Assembly: GCA_035552735.1 (NCBI GenBank)
Contig: DASZKX010000008.1
Span: 1-60,938 of the forward strand
Length of the DNA stretch: 60,938 nt
DNA from: Xanthobacteraceae bacterium
Lineage (GTDB): Bacteria > Pseudomonadota > Alphaproteobacteria > Rhizobiales > Xanthobacteraceae
Reading direction: 5' to 3'
Below are positions 27,618-37,157 of this stretch, piece by piece. Each line of letters starts with the position of its first letter. Positions within the stretch are counted from its first letter, which is position 1. The position numbers and the translations under genes are program-made. The notes below the pieces were generated by a model. The model ran no database searches. It was not told where the DNA came from and saw nothing but the letters and a program-made list of their open reading frames with translations.

Positions 27618-29207
27618 TCACCCCTTCGGCTTGGCTGCGAATTCCGAGCCGCGCACGCACATGCGGCCGCGGGTGTCCTGCCAGAGCTTCTCCGTCGCAT
27701 GCAGATGACCGAGCGCCCGCGCGACGGTGCGGAAATCAAAGGCGGCGAACCGCTCCGCGATATCGGTGTAGTAGAGCGGCTGCGTGGCGATGGCGTCCAA
27801 TATCTGCTCCGCCAGCGTGACGACCGCCGCTTCGTCGCCGGCCTGGCCGCCCGCGTCGGATTTTCCGTTCACATAGTCGTCGATCTTGGCGCGATCGGCG
27901 TACGCATAGGTGATGCGCTCGTAGTGCTCGCGCGGAATGCCTTCCGGGATGGTGGCGTCGACGCCGACCTTGGCGCCGGTCGGCACCACGCCGAAACCCT
28001 GCGGCAGGCTCGGATCGAGCGGTTTGGCGCGCGCATTGCTCACGATCAAGATGTCGCGGTCACCCTGCACCCTGGTGGCGATCGCCCACTCCACGTCCAT
28101 GGGATCGAACACGTCGATGTCGTCGTCGACCACCACGACGTGCTTCAAGTCCATCACCGACAGCGCCGCCAGGAGCGCATTCTTGGCCTCGCCGGGCTGC
28201 TTCTTGATCGAGATCACGGCATGCCAGAAGGCGCAGCCGCCAAGCGTGACGTTGATGTCCTTGACGATGACGCCCGCGGTCTTGAGCGCCTGGCGGATGG
28301 CGGCATAGCGGGTCGGCGCCGCCAGCCAGGTGTTCTCCCACGGCATGTGCAGATTGTAGTAGATCGCGTCGCGGCGCATGGAGATCGCTTTGACACGCAC
28401 CAGCGGGTTCCAGTGCAAGCCGCCCATCAGCCGCGTGAACTCGCCGAAGCGGCCCTCCGGCCAGGTCCAGCCGGTGGGCAGGATTTCAGCCTCCAGCACG
28501 ATCTCGGCATCCGCGATGTAGGGTAGATCGATGGTCTGGCAGGGCGCGAGCTCGACCGCGGCGCCGCGCAAGCCACCCGCGATCGCCATCTCGTCCATCC
28601 CTAAGGGTGCCCGATAGCCGGAACCGGTGATCTCGATCGGATGGGTCCCGATGCTGATGGAGATCGGCAGCGGACGACCCTGTCGGAAAGCGCGCTGCGC
28701 GAACATGCGCATGTTGTTGGGCGTGACAATGTCGATGCCGGTGAGGTTCCGTTCCTTCACGATGAAGCGGTAGATCCCGCTGTTGATGCCGAATTCGGGA
28801 TCGCGCGTGATGACCACGCCGGCCGTGATCATGGGCCCGCCGTCGTAGATCGACGACATCGGGATCGGCAGCTTATAGAGGTCCACATCGTCATCCAGCA
28901 GGACCACCTCGCGGGTCGGCGAGGTCTTGACGTGTTTGGGCGGGATCGGCCGGTCGATCGCCTGCTGCAGCTTGTCCTCGATCTCGCGGTAGGTCTCGCA
29001 GCCGAGCGCCATGATGGCGCGCTCGCGCGAGCGGATGATGCCGGACACGACCGGCATGTCGTAGCCGATGACCTTGTGGAAAAAGAGCGCGGTCTTGGCC
29101 TGGTCCACCAGGGTGGCGATATGGCGGATGTCCACGGGCTGGTGCAGGTCGACAAGATCTCCGGTCTGCCGCAAGCGGTCGAGGAACTGGCGGAAATTCT
29201 CCTGCAT
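27618..29207 (-). CDS. UbiD-family decarboxylase, copy 2, with a C-terminal extension of about 75 aa
   Basis: 529 aa. MQENFRQFLDRLRQTGDLVDL...SGIYR...EGRFGEFT... GGAG RBS upstream. Confidence 0.9.
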   Translation of the reverse strand: MQENFRQFLDRLRQTGDLVDLHQPVDIRHIATLVDQAKTALFFHKVIGYDMPVVSGIIRSRERAIMALGCETYREIEDKLQQAIDRPIPPKHVKTSPTREVVLLDDDVDLYKLPIPMSSIYDGGPMITAGVVITRDPEFGINSGIYRFIVKERNLTGIDIVTPNNMRMFAQRAFRQGRPLPISISIGTHPIEITGSGYRAPLGMDEMAIAGGLRGAAVELAPCQTIDLPYIADAEIVLEAEILPTGWTWPEGRFGEFTRLMGGLHWNPLVRVKAISMRRDAIYYNLHMPWENTWLAAPTRYAAIRQALKTAGVIVKDINVTLGGCAFWHAVISIKKQPGEAKNALLAALSVMDLKHVVVVDDDIDVFDPMDVEWAIATRVQGDRDILIVSNARAKPLDPSLPQGFGVVPTGAKVGVDATIPEGIPREHYERITYAYADRAKIDDYVNGKSDAGGQAGDEAAVVTLAEQILDAIATQPLYYTDIAERFAAFDFRTVARALGHLHATEKLWQDTRGRMCVRGSEFAAKPKG

Positions 29208-29363
29208 CCGTGATCTCCGAAAGGCGCTTGGGGCAGAGTTGTTGGGGGGCTCGCCTTAAGCTACTGAGATCGGGCCGCAACGGCAATCCGGATCGCCAGG
29301 GAGCCCGCAGTGACAGCCGACACGACCATAACCTTGTCCGCGAGGACCATGTCCGAAAGGACC

Positions 29364-30368
29364 ATGAAGGCGCTGGTTCTGCGCCGGCACGGCAGCCGCG
29401 ACGATCTCGAGCTGGTTGCGGATTACCCGGCGCCCCGGGTCGTGGATGGCCACGTGTTGATCCGGGTACGCGCCTCGTCGTTCAACTATCACGACGTATT
29501 CACGGTCGCCGGCATGCCCGGCATCAAGGTGCCGCTACCGGTGATCATCGGCCTCGACATGGCGGGCGAGATCACCGAGATCGGCGAAGGGGTCACGGGC
29601 TGGAAGCCCGGCGATCGGGTCCTGGTCAATCCGGTCAACAAGAAGAAGGGACTGATGGGCGAGATGCTGGACGGCGGCATGGCGGAATATTGCCTGGTCT
29701 GCGCCGATCAGCTGGTCGCCATGCCGGACGGCGTCAGCTTCGAGGAGGCGGCCTCGCTGCCGGTCGCCTATGGCACGGCGCACCGGATGCTGATCACCCA
29801 CGACACCGTGAAAGCCGGCGAGCGCGTGCTGGTGCTGGGCGCCAGCGGAGGCGTCGGCACCGGCTGCATCATCTTGGCCAAGCTGTTGGGCGCCCATGTC
29901 ATCGCCTGCACCAGCGGGGCCGAAAAGGCGCGGGCGCTGCGTGTGCTCGGCGCGGACGAGGTGATCAACTACCGCGAGGTCGATTTCTCCAAATGGGCTG
30001 TTGAAAAATACGGCAAGCCGCAGCGCCGCAGCTTCGAGGGCGGCGTCGACGTGGTGATCAATTTCACCGGCGGCGACACCTGGGTGCCGTCGCTGCGCTG
30101 CCTCAAGCGCGGCGGCAGGCTCCTGGTCTGCGGGGCGACCGCCGGCTATGACCCGAAAGAGGATCTGCGCTACGTGTGGAGCTTCGAGCTCAAGATCATC
30201 GGCTCCAACAGCTTCTACGACGACGACCTCACCGGCCTGATGCAGCTCATCGCGGAGCGCAAGATCAAGCCGGTGATCGACAAGGTGCTGCCGCTCGAGG
30301 AAGCCAAGGAGGGCTTGCGCCTGATCCAGGACCGCGAGGTGATCGGCAAGGTGGTGGTTACGCCGTGA
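29364..30368 (+). CDS. Zinc-type alcohol dehydrogenase / quinone oxidoreductase (MDR superfamily)
   Basis: MKALVLRRHGS..., ...GLDMAGEI..., GASGGVGT Rossmann motif. Start moved to the Met with AAGGA upstream. Confidence 0.85.
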   Translation: MKALVLRRHGSRDDLELVADYPAPRVVDGHVLIRVRASSFNYHDVFTVAGMPGIKVPLPVIIGLDMAGEITEIGEGVTGWKPGDRVLVNPVNKKKGLMGEMLDGGMAEYCLVCADQLVAMPDGVSFEEAASLPVAYGTAHRMLITHDTVKAGERVLVLGASGGVGTGCIILAKLLGAHVIACTSGAEKARALRVLGADEVINYREVDFSKWAVEKYGKPQRRSFEGGVDVVINFTGGDTWVPSLRCLKRGGRLLVCGATAGYDPKEDLRYVWSFELKIIGSNSFYDDDLTGLMQLIAERKIKPVIDKVLPLEEAKEGLRLIQDREVIGKVVVTP

Positions 30369-30390
30369 TCGAGGTGCGGGAGCAAAGCTG

Positions 30391-30810
30391 ATGACCGAGG
30401 TACTCACCGCGGAACACGTGCAGGAGCTGATCAGCCGCGCGCCCTATCACCAGTGGCTCGGGCTCAAGGTCGTGGCCGTGCACGAGGACGGCATTGAGCT
30501 CACCGCCACGTGGCGCGAGGAATGGGTGGTCAATCCAGAGCGGCGCTATACACATGGCGGCGTGCTGGCGGCCTTGATCGATCTCGCGGCCGATTGGGCG
30601 ATGGTGCGACGGACTGGTCGCGGCGTGCCGACCATCGACCTGCGGATCGACTATCACGCGGCCGCCATGCCGGGCGATCTGACCGCGCGCGGCAAGGTGA
30701 TCCGCTTCGGCGGCCAGTTCTCGACCGCGGAGGCGCAGGTGCTCGATGCCGGCGGCAAGTTGCTTGCGAGCGGCCGCGGCACCTATTTCACGGCACCGCC
30801 GAAAGCCTGA
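30391..30810 (+). CDS. PaaI-family hotdog-fold thioesterase
   Basis: ...YHQWLGLKVV...NPERRYTHGGVLAALIDLA... Confidence 0.85.
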   Translation: MTEVLTAEHVQELISRAPYHQWLGLKVVAVHEDGIELTATWREEWVVNPERRYTHGGVLAALIDLAADWAMVRRTGRGVPTIDLRIDYHAAAMPGDLTARGKVIRFGGQFSTAEAQVLDAGGKLLASGRGTYFTAPPKA

Positions 30811-30819
30811 TCCCACGCG

Positions 30820-32322
30820 ATGGCGAGCTTCAAAAACCTCGGCAACCTGATGGGGCGGGACCGCGACCTCGGCAAGACCGCGATCATCGATCTCGGCGGC
30901 GAGAGTGGGCCGCGCCAGATCAGCTATGCGCGGCTCGACGCGATGGCGAACGGGGTCGCCCGCGCCCTCAAGGCGCGCGGCCGCGAGCGCGGGGAGCGGG
31001 TCGCGATCCTGTCCGCCAATCGTGCCGAATATCTCGCGGCCTATTACGGGATCATGCGGGCCGGCCTGGTGGCGGTGCCGATCAACTTCAAGTTTCCGCG
31101 CCAGACCATCCATTTCATCATCCAGGATTGCGGCGCCAAGCTGGTCTTTTGCGATTCTGCGCGCCGCCCGGACTGTCCGGCCGAGCTCGCCTGCGTGGGC
31201 TTCGGCACGGCGGGCTTCGATGCTTATCTCGATCCCGGGCCGTTCGACGCCATCGTGCCGGCCGCCGACGAGCCGGCGATGCTGCTCTACACCTCTGGCT
31301 CGACCGGAATTCCCAAGGGCGTCGTCCTATCCCATCAAGCCCATATCTGGGTGGTGAAGACACGGCTCGGCGGCGAGGACCTGTCGCGCCACCGCTATCT
31401 GATCGCGGCGCCGCTCTATCACATGAATGCGCTGGCGCTGAGCAAGCTCGCCTGCGCGGCCCATGCCACTATCGTTCTGCTCCCGCGGTTCACGGCGCGC
31501 GGCTATATCGAGGCGACGCAACGCTACGCCTGCACCTGGCTCACCGCGGTGCCACCGATGATCGCCATGATGCTGCGCGAGCAGGAGCTGCTTGAGCAAA
31601 GCGATCTTTCGAGCGTCGCGTTCATCCGCATGGGCTCGGCGCCGGTGAGTGCGAGCCTGATGGCCGCCATCCGTCACGCCTTGCCGCAGGCTTCGGTCAC
31701 CAACGCCTATGGCACCACCGAGGCCGGGCCGGTCGTCTTCGGGCCGCATCCGCAAGGACTACCGCAGCCCGAGCTTTCGGTCGGCTATCCGCATCCCCAG
31801 GTGCAGCTGCGGCTGGTCGACGGCGACAACCGGGATGCCGATCAGGGCATGCTCGAGATGAAATGCCCCGCCGTGATGCTGGGCTACCACAACCGCCCGG
31901 ATGTCCCCTCCCCGATCACCCCGGACGGCTATTACATCACCGGCGACGTGTTCCGGCGCGATGCCCAAGGCTTTCACTATTTCGTCGGCCGCACCGACGA
32001 CATGTTCGTGTCGGGTGGCGAGAACATCTATCCGACCGACATCGAGCGCATGCTGGAGCGCCATCCGGACGTCGCCCAGGCGTGCGTGGTGCCGATCGTG
32101 GACGCCATAAAGGGACAGAAGCCGGTGGCGTTCGTGATGGTGAAGCCCGGCCGGGCGCCGAGCGACGATGACATCAAGCGCTTTGCGCTCAAGAACGCGC
32201 CCGCCTACCAGCACCCGCGCTTCGTCTGGTTCGTGGGCGAATTGCCGCTCGCCTCGACCAACAAGGTCGACCGCCACGCCTTGCAGGCATTGGCCGAAGA
32301 GCGCGTGGGCGGCCGGCCGTGA
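30820..32322 (+). CDS. AMP-dependent acyl-CoA synthetase/ligase
   Basis: LLYTSGSTGIPKGV AMP-binding motif, ...YGTTE..., ...GDV.RRD..GF.YFVGR.DD...SGGENIYP. Confidence 0.9.
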   Translation: MASFKNLGNLMGRDRDLGKTAIIDLGGESGPRQISYARLDAMANGVARALKARGRERGERVAILSANRAEYLAAYYGIMRAGLVAVPINFKFPRQTIHFIIQDCGAKLVFCDSARRPDCPAELACVGFGTAGFDAYLDPGPFDAIVPAADEPAMLLYTSGSTGIPKGVVLSHQAHIWVVKTRLGGEDLSRHRYLIAAPLYHMNALALSKLACAAHATIVLLPRFTARGYIEATQRYACTWLTAVPPMIAMMLREQELLEQSDLSSVAFIRMGSAPVSASLMAAIRHALPQASVTNAYGTTEAGPVVFGPHPQGLPQPELSVGYPHPQVQLRLVDGDNRDADQGMLEMKCPAVMLGYHNRPDVPSPITPDGYYITGDVFRRDAQGFHYFVGRTDDMFVSGGENIYPTDIERMLERHPDVAQACVVPIVDAIKGQKPVAFVMVKPGRAPSDDDIKRFALKNAPAYQHPRFVWFVGELPLASTNKVDRHALQALAEERVGGRP

Positions 32323-32331
32323 GGACTCATC

Positions 32332-33255
32332 GTGGCTGAATTCGTGCAGGCCGACCGCCAGCTCCCCCTGGGCGACGAGATTTTTCTCGATCACGTCGGC
32401 CATTTCGTGCGCGATCCCCAAGCCGCCAGCCGGGCGCTGGCACGGGCCGGCTTTGCGCCCACGCCCATGTCGGTCCAAACCCAACCGGATCAGGCTGGCG
32501 CGCCGCGGCTCACCGGCACCGGCAATGTCACCGCCATGCTCAAGCGCGGCTATGTCGAGATGCTGTTCAAGACCGCGGAAACGCCGCTCGGCGGCGAGCT
32601 CAACGCCGCCATGGCGCGGCACACCGGCGTCCATCTGGTGGCCTTTTCAGTGGTGGACGCGGGGAGCGCGCATCAACGGCTGCAGCAGACGGGTTTTCGA
32701 GTGCGTCCGCTGGTCGACATGCAGCGGCCGGTCGACACGGGAGGGAAGCTCGGAACCGCGGCCTTTACGGTCGCCCGTCTGGAGCCTGGGGAGATGCCGG
32801 AGGGCCGCATCCAGCTTCTGACCCATCGCACCGAGCACATGGTGTGGCAGCCGCGCTGGCTCTCTCATCCCAACGGCGCAACCGGTTTGACTGGCGTCGT
32901 GATTGCAGTCAGCGATCTCGACGAGGCAGGGCAACGTTTCGAACGTCTCACCGGCCGCCCCCCACGCGCATCTTCCCTCGCTCAGTCGTTCGATCTCGAT
33001 CGCGGGAGCGTGGACCTTGTGACGGCCGCGACGTTCGCCTTCATGTGTCCGCAAATCCCGATCCCTTCGTTGCCCTTCATCGGCGCCTACGGAATAGAGG
33101 TCGGATCGCTGGAGGCCGCGGAACGTGCCTTGAGGCAGGGCGGCATAGCGATACAGCGGATCGGCGCAAGCCTGGTCGCCGCCTTTCCGCAGGAGCTCGG
33201 ATGCGGAGCTTGGATTTTTAGTTGCCGCGACCGGGCCAGCGCCGATCCGCGATGA
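32332..33255 (+). CDS. VOC/glyoxalase-like domain protein
   Basis: GTG start. ...IFLDHVGHFVRD... and ...LTGVVIAVSDLDEA... resemble two glyoxalase-like half-domains. The 3' end overlaps the convergent gene by 38 nt. Confidence 0.6.
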   Translation: MAEFVQADRQLPLGDEIFLDHVGHFVRDPQAASRALARAGFAPTPMSVQTQPDQAGAPRLTGTGNVTAMLKRGYVEMLFKTAETPLGGELNAAMARHTGVHLVAFSVVDAGSAHQRLQQTGFRVRPLVDMQRPVDTGGKLGTAAFTVARLEPGEMPEGRIQLLTHRTEHMVWQPRWLSHPNGATGLTGVVIAVSDLDEAGQRFERLTGRPPRASSLAQSFDLDRGSVDLVTAATFAFMCPQIPIPSLPFIGAYGIEVGSLEAAERALRQGGIAIQRIGASLVAAFPQELGCGAWIFSCRDRASADPR

Positions 33256-34843
33256 TGGCGCGCGCCGCGTTGTGGCCGGGCGCGCCGGTGACGCCGCCGC
33301 CCGGATGGGCACCGGCGCCGCAGTGATAAATCCCTTTGAGCGGCCCCCGATAGTCGGCATAGCCGAGCGCCGGCCGCGCCCAGAACAGCTGATCGAGCGA
33401 CAAGGCGCCATGGAAGATGTCGCCGCCGGTCAGGCCGAACACCTGCTCCAGATCCAAAGGGCTCAGCGCCGCGCGGCCGATGACGCTCGCCTTGAAACCC
33501 GGCGCATAGCGCTCGACCGTATCGATCATCAGGTCCGCGACCTCGTCGCGGCGGTCGTTCCAGGAGCGCCCATCGGGCAATTGCGGCGCCACATGCTGGC
33601 AGAACAGGCTCGCCACATGGGCGCCGGACGGCGCCAAGGTGGCATCCAGGGTCGAGGGGATCAGCATCTCGATGATCGGCTCGCGGCTCACCCCCTGCAA
33701 GCGCGCATCGCAATAGGCGCGATCCATATAGGCGAGGCTCGGAGCCAGGATGATCCCGGCGGTGTGATGGTCGGCCGGCGCACCGCCGGGCAGCGCCGTG
33801 AAGCTCGGGAGCCGCGAGAGGGCGACGTTCATGCGGAAGGTCCCGGAGCCGCAGCGCCATTGGCGCATGCGCTGCAGGAAGGCCGGCTCCAGGGCGTCAC
33901 CCGGAACCATCTGGGTGTAGAGGAGCTTCGGATTCACATTGGCGGCGACTGCGCCCGCCCGTATGACGCGTCCGTCCGCCAGCACGACGCCGCACGCTCG
34001 CCCCTTCTCGACCAGGACCTCCCGCACCGACGCATCGGTCTCGATCTCCACCCCGTAGCCGCGGGCAGCCCGCGCCATGGCCTGCGTGATGGCGCCCATT
34101 CCGCCGACCGCGTGTCCCCAGGTCCGCTTCTTGCCGTTCACCTCGCCGAAGGCATGGTGCAACAGCACATAGGCGGTTCCCGGCGTATAGGGGCTGGCAT
34201 AGTTCCCCACCACGGCGTCGAAGCCGAACCAGGCCTTCAAGGGCTCGCTTTCGAACCAGCCTTCGAGATAATCGGCGGCCGACTTGGTGAACAGGTCGAA
34301 GAGAGTGGCTAGATTTTCCGTGGAAAGTCCGCGAAGCCGGTTGCCCAAGCGCCCGGCTTTCAATATTTCACTCAGGGTTTTGAGACTGAAGCCGCGGCTG
34401 AGATTCGGCGGCGCCTGCAGGACGAGCTCGCGCAGCACATCGGCGTTTGCGTCGAGCTCCCGGCAGAAGGCGCCATAGCGTGCAGCATCGGCCGCACTGA
34501 ACTTGGCGATGTTGCGCTCGGTTTGCCCTTCGGCAGCGAGAAGGTAACGGCCATCCGGCGTGGGGAGGAAGTTCTGCGCGCGACGCTCGACAATCTTCAA
34601 TCCATGATCGAACAGGCGAAGATCCGCGATGATCTTGGGATTGAGCAGGCTGACCGTGTAGGCCGCGACCGAGTTGCGGAAGCCCGGAAAGAACTCCTCG
34701 GTGACCGCCGCTCCGCCTACCACGGCTCGGCGCTCGACGACCTTGACGCTGAGCCCGGCCATGCCGAGATAAGCGGCGCAGGTCAGCCCGTTGTGGCCCG
34801 CCCCAATGATGACGACATCGTAGCTCTGCATCGAAGCCGTCAT
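33218..34843 (-). CDS. FAD-dependent oxidoreductase (phytoene-desaturase/COG1233-like)
   Basis: YDVVIIGAGHNGLTCAAYLGMAGLSVKVVERR dinucleotide-binding motif. An alternative start lies at 34831 (MQSYD). Confidence 0.85.
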   Translation of the reverse strand: MTASMQSYDVVIIGAGHNGLTCAAYLGMAGLSVKVVERRAVVGGAAVTEEFFPGFRNSVAAYTVSLLNPKIIADLRLFDHGLKIVERRAQNFLPTPDGRYLLAAEGQTERNIAKFSAADAARYGAFCRELDANADVLRELVLQAPPNLSRGFSLKTLSEILKAGRLGNRLRGLSTENLATLFDLFTKSAADYLEGWFESEPLKAWFGFDAVVGNYASPYTPGTAYVLLHHAFGEVNGKKRTWGHAVGGMGAITQAMARAARGYGVEIETDASVREVLVEKGRACGVVLADGRVIRAGAVAANVNPKLLYTQMVPGDALEPAFLQRMRQWRCGSGTFRMNVALSRLPSFTALPGGAPADHHTAGIILAPSLAYMDRAYCDARLQGVSREPIIEMLIPSTLDATLAPSGAHVASLFCQHVAPQLPDGRSWNDRRDEVADLMIDTVERYAPGFKASVIGRAALSPLDLEQVFGLTGGDIFHGALSLDQLFWARPALGYADYRGPLKGIYHCGAGAHPGGGVTGAPGHNAARAIIADRRWPGRGN

Positions 34844-34880
34844 CCCCTACGCCGGACCCGCGGAGGGCCCGTCAACATGG

Positions 34881-35381
34881 ATGTATCCTAATCTCATGGC
34901 TGCACAATTGTCACGGCCGGCGCGCACGCGCATCGGTCGATCGCCGGCGGGGCTCGGCATGTTCGCCTGCGCTCCGATCAGGAAGGGCCAGTTTATCGCG
35001 CGCTACAGCGGCCGCAAGATCGACACCGAGACGGCCGACGAACTCAACAACAAATACCTGTTCGAGATCAATGCACGTTGGACCATCGACGGCTCCAGCC
35101 GGAGAAACCTCGCGCGCTACATCAACCATTCCTGCCGACCGAATGCGGAGCCCTATTTCGTCAAGCACGTGATCAAGATCCGGGCGATCAAGAACATCAA
35201 GCCGGAAGAGGAGATCACCTACAATTACGGCCGCGGCTACTTCGACTGCTTCATCAAAGCCGTGGGCTGCAAATGCATCGCCTGCCGGAAGAAGAAAGCC
35301 AAGGCCCGGGCCGAGAGACGCAAGGTTTTGGCGCGGAAGCGAGCAGCGGCCCTGAAGGGCTCGGCGAAAAAGCGGAAGTAG
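34881..35381 (+). CDS. SET-domain protein (putative protein-lysine methyltransferase) with a Lys/Arg/Ala-rich C-terminal tail
   Basis: GLGMFA, ARYSGRKI, NHSCRPN, EITYNYG, post-SET-like CKCIAC, then KKKAKARAERRKVLARKRAAALKGSAKKRK. Confidence 0.85.
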   Translation: MYPNLMAAQLSRPARTRIGRSPAGLGMFACAPIRKGQFIARYSGRKIDTETADELNNKYLFEINARWTIDGSSRRNLARYINHSCRPNAEPYFVKHVIKIRAIKNIKPEEEITYNYGRGYFDCFIKAVGCKCIACRKKKAKARAERRKVLARKRAAALKGSAKKRK

Positions 35382-35407
35382 ATTTCTACATCGAGCGCCC
35401 AAGATTT

Positions 35408-35499
35408 GTCATGGCCACGCTTCGTCCCGGCCATCTCGCTTATGTCGGCATGGCAATGCTTCCCTGATCGAGATGGCCGGGACGGAGTCCGGCCATGAC
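35408..35499. repeat. REP-type palindromic element (family A)
   Basis: 30-nt arms gtcatggccacgcttcgtcccggccatctc (35408..35437) and gagatggccgggacggagtccggccatgac (35470..35499). Confidence 0.7.
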
Positions 35500-35549
35500 A
35501 AGGTGCTTACGCGTGCTTCGCTTTCGTCTTCTCGAACGCCCCGAACCCC

Positions 35550-36896
35550 TTAGGCGCCGAGCCATTCCAGGCTGTCTTCCTCCTCGAGGCGTTGCAGGCG
35601 CTCGAGCGTCCGCTCGGCATCGCGCAGCCGGCGGGTCAGCATCAGGAATTTCTCGCGCATGGCCGCCCGATCGAAGGGCCGCGTCGGCGTTCCCATGAAG
35701 GCTTCGACGCAACGGCTGAGCTCGCGGCCGTCGTTCGTGATGATGGTGACGGTGCTCGGCACGTCGCCATGACCCCAATTCCCCGGCGCGGGCCGCACCG
35801 TGACGCGCCGGCACAGGGAGCGGATGGCGGGATCGTTGAGCGCGTTCTCGCCGAACGAGGCGGGATCGCGCGGATCGCGGTAGAGCGCGAGCGCGACGCA
35901 GAACGGGGTCGAGTATTGCGACATCATCACGTCGGTCGGCTCCGGAATGTTGTTCACCTCGGCCATCCGCTTCTCGCCGATCACGGTGACGGCCTTGACG
36001 TCGTCGCCGCCGATGTTGTGCTCGGCGCGCAGCTCCTGAACGGCCTGCACGGCCCGTTGCGCGGTGATGTGACAGGCATAGCGCTTGAGGCAGATATTGA
36101 GCGTCGCGTAGGTGCTGCCGAGACCGCGTGTCAGTTGCGAGAGGTCGTGGTCGCTGCAGAAGACGCGCAGGAACCCGGCCTCGCCTTCCAGCACGCTCGA
36201 GGGACCGGTGAAGCCACCGCGCGCGAGGCTCGCCGCCAGCACGCCGGCCTCGCAGGCGCGCCCGATATGCAGCCGCTTCACCATGGCGCCGGTTCCGGAG
36301 CGCGCGAACTCCATGAGACCGCCGCAGAGCGAGCCCGCAACGCCCAAAGCGTTGGTCATCGCGGGGGCGTCGAGCTTGAGGAAACGGCCGGTCGCAATGG
36401 CGGCTCCGAACGGGCCGGTGGTGCCGGGCGCATGGAATCCGTGCGCCTCGTTGCTGTGCTTGGTGGCCCAGCCGATGCGGATCATCACCTCGGCCCCGGC
36501 CACCACCGCGGCCAAGAGATCGCGGCCGCTGCCGCCCATCTCCTGCCCCATGGCGAGACCGGGCGGGAGCAGGGTCGCGCCACCATGAACGCCGGCGCCC
36601 GGATTGATGACCACGTTGTCGAGCTCGAAGGCGTGGGAGAGCGTGCCGTTGGCGAGCGCCGCCATGGCGGGCTGCACGGCGGGGCCGCCAGCGCCGAGAA
36701 TCCGGCTCTTTCCGCCCGGTCCGGTCCGCTGCGCGTAGCCGACGATGGTCGAGCTCCATGGGATCGTGTTCCCGTAGATGATGGCGGCGGCAGTATCGAT
36801 GATGCAATCCTTGGCGCGCCGAACCACCTCGGCGGGCAAGTCCTCGAAGCGCAGATTGGCGGCGTATTGCGCGAGCTGAATCGTTTCGTGCGACAA
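35550..36896 (-). CDS. MmgE/PrpD-family protein (2-methylcitrate dehydratase-like)
   Basis: 448 aa. ...LRFEDLPAEVVRRAKDCIIDT...LSHAFELDN...GFHAPGTTGPFGAA... Confidence 0.9.
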   Translation of the reverse strand: MSHETIQLAQYAANLRFEDLPAEVVRRAKDCIIDTAAAIIYGNTIPWSSTIVGYAQRTGPGGKSRILGAGGPAVQPAMAALANGTLSHAFELDNVVINPGAGVHGGATLLPPGLAMGQEMGGSGRDLLAAVVAGAEVMIRIGWATKHSNEAHGFHAPGTTGPFGAAIATGRFLKLDAPAMTNALGVAGSLCGGLMEFARSGTGAMVKRLHIGRACEAGVLAASLARGGFTGPSSVLEGEAGFLRVFCSDHDLSQLTRGLGSTYATLNICLKRYACHITAQRAVQAVQELRAEHNIGGDDVKAVTVIGEKRMAEVNNIPEPTDVMMSQYSTPFCVALALYRDPRDPASFGENALNDPAIRSLCRRVTVRPAPGNWGHGDVPSTVTIITNDGRELSRCVEAFMGTPTRPFDRAAMREKFLMLTRRLRDAERTLERLQRLEEEDSLEWLGA

Positions 36897-37063
36897 GGGG
36901 TTTTATCTCCAGGGATCGAGATGGTGGTTGGGTCGGGATTGCCGTGCGGGATTTCCACACCTAGAGCATTTTCAGGAAAAGTGGAGTCCGGTTTTCCGTC
37001 CGAAAATGCGATACCGCTGTAGGGCATATCTTGCAGACTTGGAAGGGGAACGCCATGCTGGCT

Positions 37064-37136
37064 CACCAGCGCGGCTGGAAAGAACCAGCAGGCTGATAAG
37101 AACCAGCAGGTTGATAAGAACCAGCAGGCTGGAAAA
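37064..37136. repeat. 18-bp tandem repeat, about 4 copies, upstream of the Bug-like gene
   Basis: caccagcgcggctggaaa / gaaccagcaggctgataa / gaaccagcaggttgataa / gaaccagcaggctggaaaa. Ends about 20 nt before the TTG start at 37158. Confidence 0.9.
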
Positions 37137-37157
37137 GAAGAAACCGGGAGGAGTCAC

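Noticed and set aside
37064-37136. Possible CRISPR-like array (also considered for the repeats at 6589..6648, 47953..47992 and 51278..51349)
   Set aside because: The repeats are contiguous with no spacers, only 12-20 bp long, and there are no cas genes. They are simple tandem repeats.
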